NCBI GenBank assembly: GCA_965209155.1
Contig: OZ242383.1
Span: forward strand, 1,920,001 to 1,984,000
From: a bacterium
GTDB taxonomy: Bacteria; SAR324; NAC60-12
Direction of reading: 5' to 3'
Length of the DNA stretch: 64,000 nt
Positions 9,618 through 20,212 of the stretch are shown one piece after another. Each line of letters starts with the position of its first letter. Positions within the stretch are counted from its first letter, which is position 1. A model generated the notes under the pieces. That model did no database searches, had not been told where the DNA came from, and saw only the letters and a program-made list of their open reading frames with translations. The translations under genes were made by a program, and so were the position numbers.

Positions 9618-9972
9618 TATATTCTCCAGTAAATCTTATCTTCGCAGATCATGGTTATCCTTCAGGTGAAGGGATTATACTCCTTTTTTTAATAGATCAA
9701 CTTATCATTGCAACCGAGAAATTGAAAGATGCCAATGGTTTGAACATGAATCTTCATGGCTGAACAGGGTGGAACGCTTTTTTGCAAAGATTAGCGATGA
9801 ACGTAGAGGTTAAAAAACGTGTCATTCCGGGGTGCAATGCTTGTCGATGCCACCATGGTAGAAATCTTTGACGAAATCCTCGACATCACAATTGAGATAG
9901 CATATTCATTCCAGGTGGGTTAATCTAAGGGCTGCACTGATTTATCGCTTTAAAATCAATTACCGAATAAAT

Positions 9973-11292
9973 ATGACAAACCATAGTTATGAAATGCCTT
10001 GTAATTTTGAAGACCAGATTGTTTTAGATCCGATTCGTACGATATCGGGTAAAGTTGTTCTACCGGGTTCAAAAAGTATTTCCAATCGTATACTAGTGCT
10101 CGCTATGCTGGCCGAGGGAAGGTCTCACGCGCAAAATCTTCCGAACAGTGAAGATGTACGCCTGATGGTGGAGGCTTTGCGCACCCTGCAGGTTCCAATC
10201 CAGGAAAACCTGCAGTCTCGAGCAATGAAGATTACCGGGTGTGGAGGAACGATCCCCGTGGAGGGGGCTGAACTATTTTTGGGTAATTCCGGAACCACTA
10301 TGCGCTCATTAACCGCCGCTTTAGCCATTGGTCAAGGACGTTTTGTCTTGGATGGCGTGGCCCGCATGCGGGAAAGGCCGATCATTGATTTAGTGCATGG
10401 CTTGCAGCAATTGGGAGTTCGCATTTGCTGTCTGAAGGGAACGAATTGTCCTCCAGTCGAGATCCACGCGTCTGGGATTCCAGGAGGGAGCGCCCATGTG
10501 AGTGGAGCGATCAGCAGCCAATATCTTTCCGCCCTCCTTATGGCAGCGCCCTATGCGCGCAATGACGTGAAAATCATCATCAAAGACCGCTTGGTTTCCC
10601 AACCTTACGTGCAAATGACTTTAAATCTGATGACTCAATTTGGTGTCGATGTTAAAAATTTCCGCAATCGGCAATTCCATATCAGGGGAAGGCAATCCTA
10701 TCAATCTCCGGGCACGATTTACGTGGAAGGCGATGCCTCTTCCGCTTCCTATTTTTTAGCGGGAGCCGCCATCACGGGAAGTAAAATAACCGTCGAGGGT
10801 TGTGGTTCCAATAGCATTCAAGGCGATGTCCAGTTCGCCGCAATTCTGCAACAGATGGGGGCCAGGGTCACCTGGCATCCGAATGCCATTACCCTGCAAG
10901 GTTTCAAGTTGAGTGGTATCGACGTGGATATGAACGAAATGCCGGACGTTGCCATGACCTTGGCCGTGGTGGCGCTTTTTGCGGAAGGTTCGACGGCGAT
11001 TCGTAATATCTACAATTGGCGTGTCAAAGAAACGGAAAGGATCAAAGCGGTGAGCAGCGAATTGCGAAAATTGGGTGCACAAGTGGAAGAAGGCGAGGAT
11101 TATATTCTAATCACACCACCTGTAGCGTTACAATCGGCAGTGATTGATACCTATGACGACCATCGTATGGCCATGGCCTTTTCCCTCGCTGCTTGTGGTC
11201 CGGTTCCCGTGACCATCAACAACCCACAATGCGTCGCCAAAACTTTTCCTGATTACTTCGATCTTCTATTCACCCTGGTCGATCGACAATAG
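9973..11292 (+). CDS. aroA: 3-phosphoshikimate 1-carboxyvinyltransferase (EPSP synthase)
   Basis: [30 protein letters not shown] and DDHRMAM motifs. Confidence 0.97.
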   Translation: MTNHSYEMPCNFEDQIVLDPIRTISGKVVLPGSKSISNRILVLAMLAEGRSHAQNLPNSEDVRLMVEALRTLQVPIQENLQSRAMKITGCGGTIPVEGAELFLGNSGTTMRSLTAALAIGQGRFVLDGVARMRERPIIDLVHGLQQLGVRICCLKGTNCPPVEIHASGIPGGSAHVSGAISSQYLSALLMAAPYARNDVKIIIKDRLVSQPYVQMTLNLMTQFGVDVKNFRNRQFHIRGRQSYQSPGTIYVEGDASSASYFLAGAAITGSKITVEGCGSNSIQGDVQFAAILQQMGARVTWHPNAITLQGFKLSGIDVDMNEMPDVAMTLAVVALFAEGSTAIRNIYNWRVKETERIKAVSSELRKLGAQVEEGEDYILITPPVALQSAVIDTYDDHRMAMAFSLAACGPVPVTINNPQCVAKTFPDYFDLLFTLVDRQ

Positions 11293-11569
11293 CATGCCGT
11301 TTGAAGCTTCCCGATATAAAGGTTTCTTTTTATCGGGTACCGTGGTATCATTTTCCATGGCCAGGGGTTGGATCAGTCCATGTAAAAAATTTTGCGCTAC
11401 CCACTGAAATATAATACTATTTTCCCACTGTGGATAGTTTTTTTGTTGCATTAGCAAGCATTCTCAGGCCGACGCCATTCCAATTTTTCAGCGAATCGCT
11501 TTCACTTTCAATTCCCAAAAAACGATTCGAAATTTAATTACCCGGTATTCTATAATCCAGAATAGTTAC

Positions 11570-12559
11570 ATGACTGAAACGTATGAACCTCCGCTGAGTG
11601 GACTGAAAAAATTAGGCCAGCAGCTTAAACAAGCACGCAAAGTGAAAAACCTTTCTCTGGAGAGTGTAGCGGAAATTACGCGTATCCATATTGGTGTCTT
11701 GAAAAACATTGAAGAAGGTCAAATCGGAGAACATCCAGGGCCTGTGTTTTTGAAAGGATTTCTCAGAAGTTACGGAGAATTGGTTGACATGGACAGTAAG
11801 TCCTTGCAGAAAGAACTTGATACGATTCCGGAACTGAACGAAGAGGTAATCTTGAAGGGAACTTCTATTCTTCCTATCGAAAACGAACCGACATTCTGGC
11901 AGGGACAAAAAATCTTGTTGCTGTTTTTGATCGTCGTTGGTCTGGGAGGAGGTTTCTTCCTATACAATTATTACAATGAAAATGCGGGACAGCCTCCAAA
12001 CGAATGGCAAACAGATGAAAGGCAAACATTGGATATCCCCACTCAAAATGATTTGTCAGACATATTCCAGGAAGAACCTCCTTCGATTGCAGACGAGCAA
12101 AGCAGCGTGCCGGAACAAATTCCTTCATCTCCCCCCGAGATTCAAGAAGAAGCGGAACAATTTAGTGAAACTGTGCCACTTCCCCCCTCGTTCTTTGAAA
12201 CAGTCCCTGTTACTGACTTTGAGCAGGAATTTTTTACAGAGAACGTAATCGAGGATGCAGAACCTGCGCCTCCCCAAGCTGAGCTCCTGGTCTTGTTGAT
12301 AAAAACATCACTCTCAACGTGGATCAACGTCAGGATTGATGAAGAGGAACCACTCGATATTTCGTTGCAGTCAGGAGAAGACTACACCTTGGAAGCAAAA
12401 GAACGTTATATATTAACGATTGGAAACACCAAAGGTTTGGAATTGTTCTTGAACGGTCATCCCCAACACATTGACGACCAAAATGAATTGCTCGTGAATT
12501 GGACACTGGACAAATCGACAATCTTATATTCCGAATTAGCGGATCCCACTCTCCAGTGA
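11570..12559 (+). CDS. rodZ: RodZ-like protein (HTH, TM helix, DUF4115)
   Basis: N-terminal HTH with FLKGFLRSY, single TM segment, acidic linker and C-terminal LTIGN...LNG domain. Confidence 0.8.
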   Translation: MTETYEPPLSGLKKLGQQLKQARKVKNLSLESVAEITRIHIGVLKNIEEGQIGEHPGPVFLKGFLRSYGELVDMDSKSLQKELDTIPELNEEVILKGTSILPIENEPTFWQGQKILLLFLIVVGLGGGFFLYNYYNENAGQPPNEWQTDERQTLDIPTQNDLSDIFQEEPPSIADEQSSVPEQIPSSPPEIQEEAEQFSETVPLPPSFFETVPVTDFEQEFFTENVIEDAEPAPPQAELLVLLIKTSLSTWINVRIDEEEPLDISLQSGEDYTLEAKERYILTIGNTKGLELFLNGHPQHIDDQNELLVNWTLDKSTILYSELADPTLQ

Positions 12560-12595
12560 TTAAATTTCGTCTGACTTTCAAACTGTATCGTTTCG

Positions 12596-12865
12596 ATGAC
12601 GATCTTCGTAATTTTGCTTTTAACTGCAGTAACAATTCTGGTCATTGCATATCCATTATTTTTTCAAAATATCGTCCACTATCTTTCTGAAGAAGACACT
12701 TCATCAGATTTTAATGAACAGAACGCTTTGTTGTCCGCACTCTCAGACCTGGAAGAAGAATATCAACTTGGTCGACTATCAGAACCCGACTACGAGCGGC
12801 TCAAATTGCATTTTCAAAGACGTTATCTCAAGTATAAAACGACCGATCTGTCGAAAAAACCGTAA
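12596..12865 (+). CDS. Small membrane-anchored hypothetical protein
   Basis: N-terminal TM helix, then DLEEEYQLGRLSEPDY; co-oriented in the operon. Confidence 0.7.
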   Translation: MTIFVILLLTAVTILVIAYPLFFQNIVHYLSEEDTSSDFNEQNALLSALSDLEEEYQLGRLSEPDYERLKLHFQRRYLKYKTTDLSKKP

Positions 12866-12882
12866 AATGATTCGCTCAGTTT

Positions 12883-13710
12883 TTGGAAGTGATCACCCCC
12901 TTTGACACTAAATCCTTAATCATCGGCCAGTCTTTTACTGAAAGAAACGCCCAGGAAGGATCTTATCTCATTCAATTGCCCGAGGGACTGTTCGCCTTCA
13001 CATCTTTTCGTGGAATCGGATATAAGAAATGGAATGAGGACCGCATCGTCATTTTGCCCCAAATCCCCTTGTTTTGCGTTATTGACGGATTGGGAGGTCC
13101 CGGAGATGGAGAGAGGGCTGCGGAAATATTTACGCAGGAGTTGGCTGAAATACAGAAACCGGATCTCGAAATTCTTTCAAATGCGCAGAAAAAAACATCC
13201 GTCCGTATAAAATCTGAATGCCATGCCTCGGATTGTGGTGTTTGCTATGCGCTGTTCTGGATCGAAGAAACTTTTTTAAAAGTTTGTTATATTGGAGACG
13301 TGAAGTTTGTTTTGTTGAATCAGGAATATCAGATCAAATGGGAATCCCGGGATCACTCCGTGATCAATGATTTGATAGAGCAAGGAATTATTTCCAAAGA
13401 AGAAGCTCTTGCGCATTCCCAGCGCCATATCGTTACAAAAGCACTGACAGGCGATGAAACACCGCCACTCGAAATACAAAAAATCCCCTTTGTTTCCGGA
13501 GACCGCGTGATTATTGCCAGTGATGGACTATGGGATAATTTTATGATTGATGAAGTAATTGGAATGCTTGACGACCCCCATCCCCAAGTACAGGTGAATC
13601 TCCTGATGCAGAAATCGCTATTGAAAATGCAACAAATTCATTCAATGACGTGGGAGGGGCGTTTGGTGCCAAAAGCTGACAATATCAGCATTTTGATCGG
13701 AAGATTTTAA
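12883..13710 (+). CDS. PP2C/SpoIIE-family Ser/Thr protein phosphatase
   Basis: NED, DGLGG, IGD, DHS, SDGLWD and DN motifs; TTG start uncertain. Confidence 0.85.
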   Translation: MEVITPFDTKSLIIGQSFTERNAQEGSYLIQLPEGLFAFTSFRGIGYKKWNEDRIVILPQIPLFCVIDGLGGPGDGERAAEIFTQELAEIQKPDLEILSNAQKKTSVRIKSECHASDCGVCYALFWIEETFLKVCYIGDVKFVLLNQEYQIKWESRDHSVINDLIEQGIISKEEALAHSQRHIVTKALTGDETPPLEIQKIPFVSGDRVIIASDGLWDNFMIDEVIGMLDDPHPQVQVNLLMQKSLLKMQQIHSMTWEGRLVPKADNISILIGRF

Positions 13711-13752
13711 TCACGATAAAAATTCTACTCAACTCGACCGTCCCTATTTAAT

Positions 13753-14308
13753 TCGTCTCATTAAACCACCAGCTCTGCTGGTGCGAACCTAATAGGCTTT
13801 GCCGGTCAGACATGAGAAACGTATCCGTGTCCGTGAGCCGTGCTCGTGCTCGTGAACGGTCAGTGAATTCGACGGCACATTTTGGTTAACATAGAAACAA
13901 TGCGATGAAGTAACTGTTTCCCTTCGTCAAATAAAGGAGGCTGGATGATCTTCAACACGTTTAAAACATCGAGAATAGCAGCGCATTCCATTGCGGAACC
14001 TCGGGCAAATGCATAGAATCGTTGCTTGTCAGGAAAGGAATTTTTTCCACAGCCTTCTGCGATATTGAGAGGAATCGACCATGAGGCCCTTTTCAGTTGG
14101 TCCACTAAGGCTGAGTATCCTTTTGGCAATGTTTCGATGACTTGGACAGGTAACGCTAAAAATTCGATGGAACATTGGTATACATCGAGTTTTTCATGAT
14201 CTAACATGGCAGCCTTTTTCGTTCACGAGCACGTCTTACGATGACGAACACGTTTTGCCCTCATACTGGGGGCCTCTTCAAGCCACCGGCTCTGCCGGTG
14301 GTGATGAC
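13753..14308 (+). mobile_element. Four-helix-bundle element with IS200/IS605-type ends (copy 2, 556 bp)
   Basis: TTAAT at 13748-13752 abuts the left end; right end is TGAC; 6 bp shorter than the other copies through loss of one CACGAG unit. Confidence 0.85.
13860..14207 (-). CDS. Four-helix-bundle protein (copy 2)
   Basis: Nearly identical to 7486-7833. Confidence 0.9.
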   Translation of the reverse strand: MLDHEKLDVYQCSIEFLALPVQVIETLPKGYSALVDQLKRASWSIPLNIAEGCGKNSFPDKQRFYAFARGSAMECAAILDVLNVLKIIQPPLFDEGKQLLHRIVSMLTKMCRRIH

Positions 14309-14347
14309 TCGTCTTCCTGAAGTAAAAATGGAGAAGATTCTGATTTT

Positions 14348-15130
14348 TCACTCGGCTTGAAATGATTCCATGCCTTCAGGAGGATGGAAAACGAGTTCTG
14401 GAAAAGGCGTTCTTCCCGAAACGACGTTGTTCATCACCAGGCGAAGTTGATTACCATTCAGCGCATTTAAAATTTGAATGGTTTTGGGAAAGTTTTTTCC
14501 TGAAAACTCCTCATATCGAGCAATTGTGACTTCATACTCTTTAATCCCCTCCACTTCCTTGAACATTTGTCGCATCAGAGTATTGGATCCCAAATGGATA
14601 AAAAATTCTGCTCCTTCGCCAGTTAATTTGAAATTTCTCGAGGACAATATCTCTCCGTCCAGCAATGAGAAATCTTTCTGTCGCATCCGTCCCCAGGTGA
14701 CCCAACTTAATTCTCTCAAGGTAATATCCACTCCCAACCAACGCCGGCGGACCGGGGAAGTATTCTGGCCTGAAAAATATTTCCCTTTTCGAAAATCCAA
14801 GATCATAAATTGACTGGGATTGGCCCGGATTTCATACAATAAGGTTCCTACGAGAGGTGTGAATATTTGCAATCGCAATTCGAGATTGTTTGACAGGCTG
14901 AATTCTAACTCCCCTGTATAACTACGCTGCGAAATTGTCAGTAAAATACGTCCTGCGGCCTCATAATTATCCAAAGTTTCTGGAAGAAAAAAAAATTGTG
15001 ATCCGGGTTGAGGAGGGGTTAGAGTACCGCATCCGGAAGCCCAGATTGTGGAAAGGATTGATACCATTAAAAGGCGAGGCAAGCATTTTGTCCAGAGCGA
15101 CTTTTTACTTTTACGATCCCTCTTTGTCAT
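14348..15130 (-). CDS. Putative lipoprotein, LolB/DUF4292-like
   Basis: Hydrophobic stretch ending in lipobox-like ASG-C; RLQIFTPLVGTL and FPKTIQI are LolB-like; start uncertain. Confidence 0.55.
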   Translation of the reverse strand: MTKRDRKSKKSLWTKCLPRLLMVSILSTIWASGCGTLTPPQPGSQFFFLPETLDNYEAAGRILLTISQRSYTGELEFSLSNNLELRLQIFTPLVGTLLYEIRANPSQFMILDFRKGKYFSGQNTSPVRRRWLGVDITLRELSWVTWGRMRQKDFSLLDGEILSSRNFKLTGEGAEFFIHLGSNTLMRQMFKEVEGIKEYEVTIARYEEFSGKNFPKTIQILNALNGNQLRLVMNNVVSGRTPFPELVFHPPEGMESFQAE

Positions 15131-15221
15131 CTTGCATAAAGATAATTTCCGCAACGAAAAAAATTGCGAAGTATATTCCTGAAATCACGAAAAACGTCAC
15201 CAGAGTATTCATTTCATGCAT
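15111..15221 (-). CDS. 36-aa single-TM small protein
   Basis: Hand translation MHEMNTLVTFFVISGIYFAIFFVAEIIFMQDDKEGS*, preceded by a GGGAG RBS; too short for the ORF track. Confidence 0.45.
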   Translation of the reverse strand: MHEMNTLVTFFVISGIYFAIFFVAEIIFMQDDKEGS

Positions 15222-15591
15222 AATTCTCCCCATTCTTTTTAAAAACTCAAACATATTCCCGTCTTAGCTGCTGAAATTGCCAACATTCGCCTGCTTTCCC
15301 CTCGATCCGTTCAGGAGAATGCCAATCTCATTGGATCAGAAAAAGATCGACATCTCAATCACCGGAGTATAAAACACAATTTCAACTTTTTAAACTCAAT
15401 TCCCATAAAACGTTCATAACAAGAGAAAAGAGATTGATTTCACTTCAGAAAAAAGTCAATATTCAGAATAATCCTGTTCGACCGGGATCTCCCCGAATTC
15501 CAACACACATCCTGGGTCAAACGTAAATTTTGAAATATCGACTTGTCTTATTCATACTTTTTCGATGACTTCCATAACATAAAAGAGAAAC

Positions 15592-16764
15592 ATGAAGAGG
15601 AGACTGAATTCATATCGTTTTTTGATATTATTTTTGCTAACCATTTTTTGTTTTTCCAGCAGCACTGCCTACTCGAATAATCTGCTACTCGTTAATACCG
15701 ATCCCAAGCTTTACAAAGCCGCTCTTTTGATGGAGCCCACAACCGGGATGATTCTATTCGAAGACCGTTCAAGAAAACCGAACATACCAGCGTCCTTAGT
15801 AAAAATGATGGTCTCTTTGATCGTGATGGAACATTTGGCGAAAGGAAAAATCAGTTTGGAAGACAAAGTGACCGTTACGCGATGGGCCAGTAAAATCGGG
15901 GGACACCAGGTCTATTTAAAAGAAAACGAAGTTTTTGAATTGTACGAATTGATGAAAGCGGTGGTCATCGGGTCTGCAAACGATGCAGCGGTTGCAGTGG
16001 CAGAATATATTGGAGGAGATCAGGACGGATTTGTCGAAATGATGAATCAACGTGCGGAGGAATTGAAAATGAAAGACACCATTTATTACAATCCCCACGG
16101 ACTTCCTCCCGGAAAAGGACAAAAGGAGAATGTGACAACGGCTTATGACCAGGCATTGCTAGCCAGAGAGTTATTGAAATATCCCCAATATTTGAAATGG
16201 TCTTCCACCATCTTCGACTCCTTCCGTAATGGAACCTTTGAATTGTTGAATACAAACAGAACCTTGCTCAAACAAGTGCCTGAGCTCGATGGTATGAAAA
16301 CGGGTTTCTACCAAAAGGCGGGCTTCAGCGTGGTTGCTACTGCGAAAAAGAATAATACTCGATTGATTGCAGTGGTAATGGGTACAAAAAATAAAGCAGA
16401 CCGCACTCGTCTCGCTGCACGGTTGTTGAAGAAAGGATTCAGTCAGTTCGGGTTGACCAAAGTCTTGGAGAAAGGGGACAAGTTGGGGAAACCGCTCATG
16501 GTGAAAAATGGGTTGATCGAAAGCGTGGAGTTGTTGGTTGAAAAAGATGTCGAATTATTTCTGAGCCATAAAGATGCCAAACAGGTTAAACATCTTTTTT
16601 CACTCCCTCCCTTTCTCACTGCGCCCGTTCAAGCGGGAACCATAGTTGGAACGGTTGAATTGCAAGTCAATGATCAATTTCTCACAAAAGTGAATTTACT
16701 GTCAGCCCGCTCGATTGCCGCCAAAACGCTTTGGCAGAGAATCAAGGATTTCTTTAAATTTTGA
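15592..16764 (+). CDS. dacA: D-alanyl-D-alanine carboxypeptidase (peptidase S11)
   Basis: ASLVK (SxxK), SAN and KTG motifs; PBP5-type C-terminal domain. Confidence 0.92.
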   Translation: MKRRLNSYRFLILFLLTIFCFSSSTAYSNNLLLVNTDPKLYKAALLMEPTTGMILFEDRSRKPNIPASLVKMMVSLIVMEHLAKGKISLEDKVTVTRWASKIGGHQVYLKENEVFELYELMKAVVIGSANDAAVAVAEYIGGDQDGFVEMMNQRAEELKMKDTIYYNPHGLPPGKGQKENVTTAYDQALLARELLKYPQYLKWSSTIFDSFRNGTFELLNTNRTLLKQVPELDGMKTGFYQKAGFSVVATAKKNNTRLIAVVMGTKNKADRTRLAARLLKKGFSQFGLTKVLEKGDKLGKPLMVKNGLIESVELLVEKDVELFLSHKDAKQVKHLFSLPPFLTAPVQAGTIVGTVELQVNDQFLTKVNLLSARSIAAKTLWQRIKDFFKF

Positions 16765-17563
16765 GAGGGGATCGTATCGTATTAATTCGATTTCTCAATT
16801 GTTCCGCTGCCTTCTCGGAACTGAAGGCAAAGTCCTCTCCGGAATCCGCATAGAGAATGCTACGAGAGACACTTATCAAAAAAGGATAAGTCGTACCATC
16901 TTCCGCCGCGCAGACAGCCTTTTGTAATTCACCTCCTTGCGCACCAATTCCGAGAAGCAAAAATGGCATAGGTCCTGAAGTCTGTCTGACGCTGTGAATC
17001 AAGTCGACATGAGTCGCCCCTACAACCAGTCCACAATTTTTCCTGGTGTTCCATCGTTTCACACTTTCCGCAACCCGCAAATACAGTTGCTTTGGAATTT
17101 GAAAATCATGGGCACCCGGGTTGGATGTCAGGCAAAGGACAAAGGTCCCTTTCTCTTCATAGTCCAGGAATGGTGCCAGCGCATCATGCCCCTGATAAGG
17201 ATTGGCGGTCACAGCGTCACAACCATAAACCTCAAACACCGCTTTGGCATACATTCGGTCCGAGTTCCCGATATCGCCCCGCTTGGCATCACCAATCACG
17301 ACGATATCGGGTGGAATTGCCTCGATAACCTGCATAAGGATTTCCATCCCTTGGGGTCCCAGTGCTTCGAAAAAAGCAAAATTTGGCTTGTATGCCGCCA
17401 CTCGTTTCTCGGTTGCAGCGATTATTTGCAAGCAGAAAGATAGTACGGGATTTTTTTCCTGACGTAGAAAGGCAGGAATTTTTTCCCAAACCGGGTCAAG
17501 ACCGACACAGAGCAAACTATTTTTCTTTTCAATGCTCTGTTTCAATTTGGAGTAAAATCGCAT
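16754..17563 (-). CDS. pyrF: Orotidine-5'-phosphate decarboxylase
   Basis: LCVGLDP, KPNFAFFE, DAKRGDIG, TSNPG and GIGAQGG motifs. Confidence 0.95.
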   Translation of the reverse strand: MRFYSKLKQSIEKKNSLLCVGLDPVWEKIPAFLRQEKNPVLSFCLQIIAATEKRVAAYKPNFAFFEALGPQGMEILMQVIEAIPPDIVVIGDAKRGDIGNSDRMYAKAVFEVYGCDAVTANPYQGHDALAPFLDYEEKGTFVLCLTSNPGAHDFQIPKQLYLRVAESVKRWNTRKNCGLVVGATHVDLIHSVRQTSGPMPFLLLGIGAQGGELQKAVCAAEDGTTYPFLISVSRSILYADSGEDFAFSSEKAAEQLRNRINTIRSPLKI

Positions 17564-19453
17564 TTAGCTTCCTGCTTTGTTTCCGATCCTCCGTCTATAG
17601 GAAACCACTCCCACCAAGGCTACAATGGCTGGCACCAACAACATATTCAACCCCAACAACCAGTTCCCCAACGATTCAATGTCCTGTCGAAGAATTTTTC
17701 GCACCTCCCGCAATCGCTTGCGTGTCTCGATTTCTTCTGTACGAAACCTCTTGATCTCATTCTGTTGTTCTGCTGTGAGGAGACGTTTTTGGTTGGGGTC
17801 TTTGTGTTCTTCCAATTCAGCCAGTTTCTCCTGAACGGCTCTGAGGGTTTGCTGCAGGCCGATTTCTTCTTCTTGAAAACGCATCTGCGCCTGATTTTCA
17901 AGCTCCATCACTTTAGTGAAAGGACGAGCAAAACGCCCTCGAGAGCGGATACTCATTAATTCGTCATCACCAGTAAAGAATTCAACGGCATTGATGATGA
18001 AATTTAAATTGTCATTGAGCAAATTGACAACGATCTGGCCCATAAAATTCATTTTTTGTACAGAAAATGTGTCACTTGCAAAATCCACGTCGGCAATCAC
18101 TAAAATCGTTCCGGATTTCATTGCTTCCGGTAAATGCGCATGTTCAAGAGGAGGTGATTCTCCAGTCTCAACCGGAGTCCTTTCTTCCGTGTTGGACGGG
18201 GGGGGTTGTCCCTCCGGAAAAGCGGTTTTGAACTTATCACGCAGAAAAGCCGCCAAAACTCTTGGCACCTGATCAGTTTTCAGGTTTTGAGCAATCTGCG
18301 TAGGAGGCGTAAATTGGATCATCATAGTTTCCAGGACTCCACTTTGCGAGGAAGTCTGAAGCAGGGGAGTGAATTCTACCGTGCTCTCCTCGGCTTTGCT
18401 TAAAAATCCCGAATCCACGAAGAGGAGATTTTCCAGTTGGCTGGTAATAGGATGGTCCGCGTCCATGGCGGCAGGTGGAAGACTCATCCACATAGGATAA
18501 CGTACAATATTCCCACCACCGGCGTTGATGGAGGTCGCATAACGGGAATCTCCAACAAGCTTAGCGGGGTCAAACTCCACTCCCCAGTTCTTCAATAGCC
18601 TGGGGAGATCACTTTTAATGTCTGGCATTCTTCCCATCTGGGCTGATTGCGTTCTGGCTTCGTGATTGGAATTGGGGTCCAGCAGAACAATTAAATGCCC
18701 ACCTCGCATCACGTATTGATCCACGGCATATTGCGCGCGTTCATTCATATTTTTAGGATGAATCAATAATAAAACCGTTATGTCGTCCGAAATTTCTTCA
18801 ATCTCCGGGGGCAGTATCCGCAAATCGAAACTTTTTTTCAATTCCGAATACAGCGCCCATTCGTCGGCCGTCGAAGCTCTCCTATGAGTACTGCTTCCCA
18901 AAAGATTCAAAGAAGACAAAACACCGATTTCAGGAGGTTGCAGTTGATTCAGACCCATCAATGCCTGGGAAATGTCATATTCTAAAAACTTTTCACGACG
19001 GGGATCAAAATACGGAATGGCTATTTCCTGGTCCAACAGCAAGGCGACCATTCCCATGTAAAAATTTTCACCATTGGGCAATGCGAACGAGGCAAGTCCG
19101 TATTTTTGCGCCCATTCTTCTTCTTCGCTGTCGATTTCAGGATCAAACACTTCCAATTTGACGTTCCCATCCGCCAGAAATTCATACTCTCTCAGTACTT
19201 CTTCCACTCGCTGGGCATATGCCTTGAAGTTTTGTGGCAATTCGGCTCGATCTTTTGAAAAATAAAACTTGATTGTCACCGGCTCTTCAAAATCTCCCAA
19301 TATCTTTTTCGTTCCTTCAGAAATTGTGTAGAGCTTCTCGTCGGTGACATCGATCCGCAAAGGCAGGAAACTGCCAAGCGCATTGATCCCGATCAAGCAA
19401 ACCAGCAATAGAATGATACTGAGAGCGGGATACGACCACTGGGGCTTTTTCAT
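17564..19453 (-). CDS. GldG-family ABC transporter auxiliary protein
   Basis: N- and C-terminal TM helices; DVTDEKLYTIS, LEYDIS and DQYVMRGG motifs; operon context. Confidence 0.85.
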   Translation of the reverse strand: MKKPQWSYPALSIILLLVCLIGINALGSFLPLRIDVTDEKLYTISEGTKKILGDFEEPVTIKFYFSKDRAELPQNFKAYAQRVEEVLREYEFLADGNVKLEVFDPEIDSEEEEWAQKYGLASFALPNGENFYMGMVALLLDQEIAIPYFDPRREKFLEYDISQALMGLNQLQPPEIGVLSSLNLLGSSTHRRASTADEWALYSELKKSFDLRILPPEIEEISDDITVLLLIHPKNMNERAQYAVDQYVMRGGHLIVLLDPNSNHEARTQSAQMGRMPDIKSDLPRLLKNWGVEFDPAKLVGDSRYATSINAGGGNIVRYPMWMSLPPAAMDADHPITSQLENLLFVDSGFLSKAEESTVEFTPLLQTSSQSGVLETMMIQFTPPTQIAQNLKTDQVPRVLAAFLRDKFKTAFPEGQPPPSNTEERTPVETGESPPLEHAHLPEAMKSGTILVIADVDFASDTFSVQKMNFMGQIVVNLLNDNLNFIINAVEFFTGDDELMSIRSRGRFARPFTKVMELENQAQMRFQEEEIGLQQTLRAVQEKLAELEEHKDPNQKRLLTAEQQNEIKRFRTEEIETRKRLREVRKILRQDIESLGNWLLGLNMLLVPAIVALVGVVSYRRRIGNKAGS

Positions 19454-19467
19454 ATCAATCTTCTGAT

Positions 19468-20208
19468 TTAAAGCGCTTTATGAGAGTCCAGGATTACGAC
19501 ATTGACCAGGAGCATAAAAGCTATCACGGAAATGAAATAAAGAAGGTCACGCAGGTCAACGACTCCACGGCGCATCGCATTAAAATGAGTGGTGAAACTG
19601 AATTGAGAAATCAAATCGGAAATCCATACGGGAAAAAAGGAATTGAGAACGTCGTTCAGTACACCCCATCCCAAAAGGACTAAAACAAGGCAGATGACCA
19701 CACTGATAATAAAACTGATCACCTGGTTTTTGGTGAGAGCGGAAGTGCAACTGGCAATCGCCAGATAAGCGCCAGCCATCAACAGACTGCCGAGATACCC
19801 TGATACGATAGGACCGTTATCCGGTTCTCCCAAATAATGAACGGTAACGATCATTGGAAAGGTAAGTAGCAAGGCGATGGCAATAAAACTCCAGGCAGCC
19901 AGAAATTTGGAAAACACGGCAGTGAACGTGGTTACGGGAAAAGTCAAAAGTAACTCCACTGTCCCTGCTCGCCGCTCTTCTGCCCAAAGGCGCATCCCAA
20001 CTGCAGGAATGAGGATTAAATACAACCATGGATGAAACAGGAAAAAGACCTCCAAACCAGCTTGGTTGCTTTGGTAAAAATTTCCCAGGAGAAACGTACA
20101 ACCGGCATTGGCGCTCAAGAAAATGATAATAAAGACATAGGCAATCGGAGAATGAAAATAAGCCTGCAATTCTCGTTTAAAAATAGGAAAAAGACCTTTC
20201 ATACGCAC
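19468..20208 (-). CDS. ABC-2 permease (GldF-like)
   Basis: RELQAYFHSPIAY and MRLWAEERRAGTVELL motifs; multiple TM helices. Confidence 0.9.
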   Translation of the reverse strand: MRMKGLFPIFKRELQAYFHSPIAYVFIIIFLSANAGCTFLLGNFYQSNQAGLEVFFLFHPWLYLILIPAVGMRLWAEERRAGTVELLLTFPVTTFTAVFSKFLAAWSFIAIALLLTFPMIVTVHYLGEPDNGPIVSGYLGSLLMAGAYLAIASCTSALTKNQVISFIISVVICLVLVLLGWGVLNDVLNSFFPVWISDLISQFSFTTHFNAMRRGVVDLRDLLYFISVIAFMLLVNVVILDSHKAL

Positions 20209-20212
20209 TTCA

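Noticed and set aside
12867..12890. Possible frameshift at the start of the PP2C gene (ATG 12867 is out of frame by one base at a T-run)
   Set aside because: An in-frame TTG at 12883 gives a full-length protein; cannot be decided without homologues or reads.
13752..14314. TCGTCT at both ends of copy 2 as a target duplication
   Set aside because: Copies 1 and 3 and the empty site show no duplication, and the left instance overlaps the element end; treated as coincidence, though not excluded.
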